Shown here in pieces: positions 58,840 to 64,000 of a stretch of 64,000 bases of DNA (the stretch's first letter is position 1; the number at the start of each line of letters is the position of its first letter). The DNA comes from a plasmid, in the sequence record NZ_CP118102.1, one strand, 5' to 3'. A program made the translations under genes and the position numbers. The notes under the pieces are model-generated. The model worked only from the letters and a program-made list of their open reading frames with translations. It was not told the origin of the DNA and did no database searches.

Positions 58840-61797
58840 TCAGTAGAGAGGTTTCTTTAATGGCCGTAACGACGTTAGAGTTGTTGCTTGTTTTAGATCA
58901 AACTTGTACTCCCCTAGAAAATTAATATGTTCCCATCCTAGAGGTGAGGTATGTTGCATTAGTTCTTCTTTAAACGTTCCTTGGGTCTTTTTATATTCTG
59001 TTGCATGAGACAAATAGACAGTATTCCATACGCTGATTGCATTAATCAAAATGTTCAAGGCGCTGGCTCGTTGGAGTTGATCTTGCAGTGCGCGCTCCCG
59101 TAACTCCCCGTGTTTACCGAAGAAAATCGCTCTGGCCAGTGCGTTCATAGCCTCACCTTTATTCAGCCCCCTATGAATCTTCCGGCGCAGGGCTTCGCTT
59201 GATATGTAATCCAGAATAAAGATTGTCTTTTCAATGCGCCCCATTTCACGTAGAGCGGTTGCTAAGCGATTCTGCCGCGAGTAGGAACCGATCTTCCCCA
59301 TGATAAGTGATGCAGATACTGTCCCTTCTCGAATAGAATGGGCTAGCCGCAGCACATCATCATAATTTTCCTGAATGACCTTCGTATTGATTTGACCACG
59401 CAGCAGTTTCTCCAGTTTTGGGAAATCAGTAGGCTTCCCGATGATGTAAAGCTTAGAATCAGAAAGATCTCGTAAGCGCGGCGCAAATCTGAATCCGAGT
59501 AGTTGAGTCAAACCAAAAACTTGATCTGTATATCCTGCAGTGTCCGTATAATGTTCTTCGATGGTCAAGTCAGTTTCATGATGAAGTAGTCCATCGATCA
59601 CATGAACAGCATCCCTAGCATTCGTGTTAATCACTTTAGAATAGAAGCTTGAAAATTGATCACTGACAAAACGATAAATGGTTGCGCCCTTGCCAGTTCC
59701 GTAGTGCGGATTAGCATCCGCATGAAGCGCAGCTACGCCAATCGGCACCCTCATTCCGTCTGACGAAGACGTGGTGCCATCGCCCCAATAGGAGGGCAAA
59801 GATAACTTGTGGTGGAAGTTGACGAGGACAGCTTGAGCTTTATTCATTGCATCCTCATATAGCCGCCATTGTGCCGTATTGGCCATTTGCCGGTATGAAA
59901 TATCCGGCGTGGCATCCCCCATCTTGGTCAATCCAATGTTCGTTCCCATCGCCATCAGTGTTGCCATGAGAATTAACGTTTCTTCTTCATTGGGAATCCG
60001 ATTTGTTGAAGCATGGATAAATTGTTCATGAAAACCAGTCCAATGCGCTACCTCCATTAAGACCTCAGTCAATTTAATACGTGGAAGTAGTTCGTACAAG
60101 GATGAGCTAAAATTTCTGGCATCCTCCGGAGTATCTTTCTCTAGGCGGCTAATGTGAAGTTTTCCTTGCTCAAAGTTAATACCTTCTAGATCCTCAATGT
60201 TATTCGAAACCCATTCTAAGCGCTGTATCAGAGATGCGGTACGTTCGGCTAGGTAATCGCTCGCAGTCATGCTAACTACCAATTTTGTTTCATCAGGCTG
60301 AATACGGCTCCATTCATCTTTGGAGACAAGATACTCATCAAAATCTTTATGCTGCCGGCTCCCGACAATGGACACATCACCGGAGCGAACATAATTACGC
60401 AGCTCAGTTATTACAGCCATTTCGTAATAATGACGGTTAATCGTTCCGTCATCATCGTAGACATGCTTTTGCCAACGATTTGTTACAAAATTTAAGGGTG
60501 CGTCTTTTGGTACTTTACGTTTACCAGTTTCATTAATGTCCCTTATAACATCAATAGCCTTCATAAGTGGCTCTGCGGATTTATTAGAACGGAATTCCAA
60601 CGTTTTCAGCAGTGTTGGTGTATATTTGCGCAGCGTGTAAAACTTCTTCTCCAGCAAATCCAAATAGTCGTAATCAATGGGACGGGCCAGTCGCTTTGCT
60701 TCCTCTACAGATGCGACGAGCTGATCCCAGGGCATTACCGTCTCCAACGCAATAAATGGGTCTATGCCTTCGTCCCTAGCTTTTATGAGTGCTGCGCCAA
60801 GATCAGCATAATGAACCACCTTTTCGTTAATCGATTTTCCATTTTGTTTTTGGATTTCTTCTTGAGCCTTACGGCCTTTGGAATGTAGCTGTAATATCTG
60901 ACGGTCGTGAATTTCAAATGCTTGATCCGTTAAATCTTGTGTTAGATCGAGTAAATAAGCAACTAAAGTAGCATATTTCTTGGGGTCATCGAAACGACGG
61001 AAGGACTGCGGTTCATACCTTGCCCCGATTTTGGAGAGCTGACGTAATCGGTTTGGATGAATTCCCTTTGTATCGATTTGAAGCTGGACTTTTCGTATAT
61101 ATTCAAGTTTTTCAATGATCTTAAGGAAAGCATCCGGGGAACAGGTGCCTGGTACTTCTCTTAGCCATGCCAGATACGTTTTGTTGCTCTCCGGCATTGG
61201 GGATAGGATGTTTTCAAGTTTATCGACCTGCTCCACTGATAAGGAAGAAATAAGCATTTTATATATTTTCTCCTCGGCCCGTTGCCTCACTTCCCACACA
61301 ACCCGTTCGATTGTAGTCATCCCAGGTATAATGATTTTCTGTTTTCGTAATTCATCAAGGGCTACACGGATTAAATACATGGAGTTACCATTTTCTAACG
61401 AAAAATTCAGCATGATATTGGATAAGAACCGATATTCACGAAGCGTGAAGTTCCGATACCCATAGGTTTGCCGAATCTCCTCCATATGTTCTCGTCTAGT
61501 CGGTTCCCGTTGGGCATAAAGGGGAAATACATCAGGTGCCACGCCAACCTGCTTGGCAATGTAGCTTATTACAGAATCCGGTATGTGTTTCAAATCAGAT
61601 AAAGACCATCCTGGATAACGCAGGATGGCCAATTGAACGGCAAAGCCTAATCGGTTATGATCACGGCGATGTTTATTGATGATATCGAGATCGTGTTGCG
61701 AAAATGTATAGTACGTACCTAAATCCCAATCGTCGTCTGAAGGGATTTGCATAAATTCTGCGCGCTGATCTAATGTTAATAATTCCTTTCCTCTCAA
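58840..61797 (-). CDS. tnpA: Tn3-family transposase TnpA
   Basis: 985 aa. The N-terminus MRGKELLTLDQRAEFMQIPSDD...FTLREYRFL is characteristic of Tn3-family TnpA. Confidence 0.85.
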   Translation of the reverse strand: MRGKELLTLDQRAEFMQIPSDDDWDLGTYYTFSQHDLDIINKHRRDHNRLGFAVQLAILRYPGWSLSDLKHIPDSVISYIAKQVGVAPDVFPLYAQREPTRREHMEEIRQTYGYRNFTLREYRFLSNIMLNFSLENGNSMYLIRVALDELRKQKIIIPGMTTIERVVWEVRQRAEEKIYKMLISSLSVEQVDKLENILSPMPESNKTYLAWLREVPGTCSPDAFLKIIEKLEYIRKVQLQIDTKGIHPNRLRQLSKIGARYEPQSFRRFDDPKKYATLVAYLLDLTQDLTDQAFEIHDRQILQLHSKGRKAQEEIQKQNGKSINEKVVHYADLGAALIKARDEGIDPFIALETVMPWDQLVASVEEAKRLARPIDYDYLDLLEKKFYTLRKYTPTLLKTLEFRSNKSAEPLMKAIDVIRDINETGKRKVPKDAPLNFVTNRWQKHVYDDDGTINRHYYEMAVITELRNYVRSGDVSIVGSRQHKDFDEYLVSKDEWSRIQPDETKLVVSMTASDYLAERTASLIQRLEWVSNNIEDLEGINFEQGKLHISRLEKDTPEDARNFSSSLYELLPRIKLTEVLMEVAHWTGFHEQFIHASTNRIPNEEETLILMATLMAMGTNIGLTKMGDATPDISYRQMANTAQWRLYEDAMNKAQAVLVNFHHKLSLPSYWGDGTTSSSDGMRVPIGVAALHADANPHYGTGKGATIYRFVSDQFSSFYSKVINTNARDAVHVIDGLLHHETDLTIEEHYTDTAGYTDQVFGLTQLLGFRFAPRLRDLSDSKLYIIGKPTDFPKLEKLLRGQINTKVIQENYDDVLRLAHSIREGTVSASLIMGKIGSYSRQNRLATALREMGRIEKTIFILDYISSEALRRKIHRGLNKGEAMNALARAIFFGKHGELRERALQDQLQRASALNILINAISVWNTVYLSHATEYKKTQGTFKEELMQHTSPLGWEHINFLGEYKFDLKQATTLTSLRPLKKPLY

Positions 61798-61846
61798 TGG
61801 TTACACACCTTTCACTAAAATCAGAAGTTCAGTCAATAGGAGATGT

Positions 61847-62428
61847 TCAGGTCACCTGAAGGCTTTGTGTAGTCTTATTCCGGTTTGTAAGTGTTTGATA
61901 GATTTTTGCTTTAGATACACCGGTTCGTTCTGTTATTTCCTTAATGGTGTACTTTTCACTATCGTAAAGTGTAAGAGCCATGTCAATTTTGTTTTTATCC
62001 ATTGGAGGACGACCGCCTTTCCTGCCTCTCGCACGTGCAGCCTGTAATCCAGCAATGGTTCGCTCTCGGATTGTCTCTGCTTCCATCTCCGCCAGTCCAG
62101 CCATGATAGCAAAGAAAAGTTTCCCAGCGGGCGTACTCGTATCAACACCAAGAGTAATGATCTGCAGTCCAATCCCTATTTCCTGAAGGCCATGCGATAA
62201 TTCGATTAGTTGCCGCGTGGTTCTTCCCAAACGATCCAGCTTCCAAATGACAAGCGTATCACCTGGTCTCAAATATTCTAGGCAACGGGTCAGCTCCACT
62301 CGATCACTTTTCTTCCCAGAAGCCTTCTCCTCAAATATTCGCTCGCAGCCAGCAGCTTTTAACGTGTCGATCTGTAGGTTCAGTGATTGATCAGCTGTCG
62401 AGACACGAGCATAACCAATTTTGGCCAC
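61847..62428 (-). CDS. tnpR: serine recombinase (resolvase) TnpR
   Basis: MAKIGYARVSTADQSLNLQIDTLKAAGCERIF, with catalytic Ser in VST and a C-terminal HTH. Confidence 0.85.
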   Translation of the reverse strand: MAKIGYARVSTADQSLNLQIDTLKAAGCERIFEEKASGKKSDRVELTRCLEYLRPGDTLVIWKLDRLGRTTRQLIELSHGLQEIGIGLQIITLGVDTSTPAGKLFFAIMAGLAEMEAETIRERTIAGLQAARARGRKGGRPPMDKNKIDMALTLYDSEKYTIKEITERTGVSKAKIYQTLTNRNKTTQSLQVT

Positions 62429-62693
62429 ATGAATATCTCCTTTTGTCTATTAAACATATATTTATGATAATTTATACACTTTGAATTTTATACGACTTAA
62501 TAGACAATAACAATGCTATTTCTTACTGTATTTTAAGCTATGCACAAAAAGTATACAAAACGATCGTTTTTTAGACCCGACAATAGATACAACAAGCTGA
62601 TATATAATAAAACGCAGGACGCGGCGGTGAAGTAGCTTTTGTGATTCAACTAGATGGTAGCATATTCAACTTCTTGAAGGGAAATAATGTTCC

Positions 62694-62725
62694 TTGACCA
62701 TGTACCATGGTACATGGTCTATACT
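62694..62725 (+). promoter_or_regulatory. mer operator/promoter. The -35 is TTGACC and the -10 is TATACT, with a 20-bp spacer holding a perfect 22-bp palindrome.
   Basis: TTGACCATGTACCATGGTACATGGTCTATACT. The palindrome is ACCATGTACCATGGTACATGGT. The long spacer is the MerR hallmark. Confidence 0.75.
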
Positions 62726-62744
62726 TTATTTAGAGGTGATGAAA

Positions 62745-63170
62745 ATGAATTATCGCTCCGGAGATATTTCTAAATTGTGTAACGTTAACAAAGAAACATT
62801 AAGATATTACGAACGAAAAGGTCTGATTCATGAACCAGTAAGATCGGATGCTGGCTACAGGCTTTATCCGGAAGAAACGATAAACCGAATCATGTTCATT
62901 AAACGCATACAGGAGCTTGGTTTTACATTGTCTGAAATTGATAAATTGCTTGGTGTTGTTGATAAAGACGATGTGAGATGTGCGGGTATGAATGATTTCG
63001 TTGTTCAAAAGCTGGAAGATGTTCAGTCGAAAATTAGAGACTTTCAACGAATCGAAACGATGCTAAAAGATTTAAAAGACCGCTGTCCAGATGAAAAAGC
63101 GATACACGAATGCCCAATCATCGAAGCGCTCATTGACAATAATCAAAAGGAAAAGGAGGAAGTCCAATGA
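62745..63170 (+). CDS. merR: MerR-family mercuric-resistance regulator (Gram-positive MerR1-like)
   Basis: HTH ISKLCNVNKETLRYYERKGLI. A C-terminal Cys is present in RCAGMNDF and DRCPDEKAIHECPII. Closely resembles Bacillus RC607 MerR1. Confidence 0.8.
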   Translation: MNYRSGDISKLCNVNKETLRYYERKGLIHEPVRSDAGYRLYPEETINRIMFIKRIQELGFTLSEIDKLLGVVDKDDVRCAGMNDFVVQKLEDVQSKIRDFQRIETMLKDLKDRCPDEKAIHECPIIEALIDNNQKEKEEVQ

Positions 63171-63418
63171 AAGAAAATGCAAAAAAAATAGGTTGGGGCT
63201 TTTTAGCTCTGCTTTCCTGTCCTTGCCATCTTGTTTTGATTCTCCCTTTACTTGCGGGAACTACATTTGGAGCGTATTTTGCTCTCCATCAAACAGCCGT
63301 CAGTGTTATTTTAGGAATCGTATTTGTAATTTCTCTTGTCATGATGTTTAAACGAGCCAGCAAACAAGCAAAAACCGATGAATCACACGATTGCTGCTCA
63401 GTTCCGGAGCGAAAATGA
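63167..63418 (+). CDS. small mercury-transport-like membrane protein (MerE/MerT-like)
   Basis: First TM with a CPC motif (LLSCPCHLVLIL). C-terminal HDCC. Confidence 0.5.
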   Translation: MKENAKKIGWGFLALLSCPCHLVLILPLLAGTTFGAYFALHQTAVSVILGIVFVISLVMMFKRASKQAKTDESHDCCSVPERK

Positions 63419-63423
63419 GGTGA

Positions 63424-63735
63424 ATGATTTTGAGAGAAAAAATGACTAGCTTGGCAACGATATTTTCAGCGTTTCTTATGTCCGGCTGTTGCCTCGGGCC
63501 CTTAATTCTCATTCCGTTTGGGTTATCAGGTTTTGCAGGAACGCTTGCAATTTTTTCAATCAAGTACCAACTGTTTCTTATGGTCATGACGATATTATTT
63601 CTTGGTGTATCGTTTTATTTGGTTTATGGACGAAAATGCAAAAAGAAAAGTACGGTCATCACATTATGGATATCGACCGTTTTGGTTTTAGGAGCATTTT
63701 TATATTTATGGTTGGCTGAAAGTGGACTGTTATAA
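63424..63735 (+). CDS. MerT-like membrane transport protein
   Basis: First TM with GCC (LMSGCCLGPLILIPFGL). Three hydrophobic helices. Confidence 0.5.
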   Translation: MILREKMTSLATIFSAFLMSGCCLGPLILIPFGLSGFAGTLAIFSIKYQLFLMVMTILFLGVSFYLVYGRKCKKKSTVITLWISTVLVLGAFLYLWLAESGLL

Positions 63736-63760
63736 GAAAGAGGTGTGTTACGTGAGAGCA

Positions 63761-64000
63761 ACAATGGGAATTATGATGTTATTAACTCTTTTATTATTGG
63801 GTACTGCTTGTGGTAACAATGAAAATACGGTGGAAGCTGCAGCCGCGCAAAGTACACCCGTTGCAAATGGATCAGCGACGTTCACGGTGACGGGACTTGA
63901 TTGCTGCCCGCCTTCAGTGATTCAAGATTTAATTTCAAAGGTCGATGGGGTTAGCAAAGTAGACATAGAACCCATGGGAAGCAAAGGGAAAGTTACGGTT
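63761..64000 (+). CDS. MerP-like heavy-metal-binding lipoprotein, partial at the window end
   Basis: GTG start. Lipoprotein-like signal LLLGTAC. HMA-like FTVTGLDCCPPSVIQDL. Confidence 0.45.

Larger units (their letters stand above)
58724..64000. mobile_element. Tn3-family (class II) mercury-resistance transposon of the TnMERI1/Tn5084 type, partial; it continues beyond the window
   Basis: IR, then tnpA (985 aa), tnpR, and a Gram-positive-type mer operon starting with merR1. Confidence 0.7.

Noticed and set aside
58803-58840. Second 38-mer GGGGTACCGGCTCCGAAATTCGCAACGTGTTAATTGTC as the true transposon IR
   Set aside because: - It lacks the conserved inner TAAG end of Tn3-family IRs.
- The upstream 38-mer has it and fits better.
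- Kept as a note in the findings.
1-64000. rRNA, tRNA, tmRNA genes and CRISPR arrays
   Set aside because: - No sequence with tRNA-like cloverleaf signatures, rRNA conserved blocks or regularly spaced longer repeats was recognised by eye.
- tRNAscan or Infernal would be needed to be certain.

Overview
This is an AT-rich, Bacillus-like window from a conjugative plasmid or ICE with a mosaic accessory region. All calls rest on motif recognition by eye; no searches were run.

In order along the window:
- 1-5.8 kb: the distal end of a Gram-positive type-IV secretion (conjugation) module. It holds a VirB4/ConE-like ATPase C-terminus (DEAW Walker B, ATQNPTD), a ConG/Orf15-like polytopic membrane protein, and a bifunctional M23-peptidase plus FlgJ-type glucosaminidase wall hydrolase.
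- 6-12 kb: a leading-region-like set of small genes. These include a putative DUF4258-like/YgiT zinc-finger toxin-antitoxin pair, a RadC/JAB protein and a GAF-domain membrane protein.
- 12.4-17.3 kb: a Gabija anti-phage system. gajA is an OLD-family ATPase plus Toprim gene split by a frameshift in an A-run; gajB is a UvrD-like helicase. A CoiA-like Zn-finger/nuclease-family gene follows. The whole cassette is bracketed by two copies of a ~45-bp hairpin/T-tract module.
- 17.8-22.8 kb: three unknown genes, then two orphan DNA methyltransferases (a D12-class N6-adenine enzyme with DPPY, and a C5-cytosine enzyme with FGGAGG/PCKGFS/ENV motifs).
- 22.9-24.3 kb: a coiled-coil membrane protein, an IS256-family transposase remnant, and a small CxxC zinc-ribbon gene read as the putative immunity protein of the first Rhs toxin.
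- 24.4-39.8 kb: two divergent, paralogous WapA/Rhs-type YD-repeat polymorphic toxins (1623 and 1722 aa). Each has a signal peptide and a different C-terminal toxin; the second has a Hint autoproteolytic domain. Each is followed by a small candidate immunity gene.
- 29.7-33.9 kb, between the two Rhs genes: a 4-gene cassette. It holds a small ORF, a 631-aa PP-loop (SGGVDS) PAPS-reductase/DndC-like protein with a ~240-aa N-terminal extension and a C-terminal Cys cluster, a 580-aa HExxH-motif protein and a Spo0E-like gene. The PAPS-reductase/HExxH pair is my top candidate for an undescribed system.
- 39.9-41.9 kb: a Y-family translesion polymerase with a YolD-like partner downstream.
- 42-47 kb: a composite replicon region. 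It carries three replication initiators (one with a DnaA_N-like C-terminus, two of Rep_3 type) and two different iteron arrays.
- 47.2-53.4 kb: a DUF2750-like gene, a Zn-finger/Toprim primase, tandem HicB-like domains, and a sensor kinase plus LytTR response regulator.
- 53.5-58.8 kb: a beta-sliding-clamp (DnaN) paralog, a small N6-adenine methyltransferase (NPPY), a 213-aa unknown protein and a DExH/SNF2-like helicase with an inserted Cys4 zinc ribbon. This is my second candidate system.
- 58.7 kb to the window end: the helicase 3' end is interrupted by a Tn3-family transposon. It has a 38-bp GGGG...ACGCTAAG inverted repeat, then tnpA, tnpR, and a Gram-positive mer operon (MerR1 with its palindromic operator/promoter, MerE/T-like and MerP-like genes), and continues beyond 64000.

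No rRNA, tRNA or CRISPR arrays were seen.
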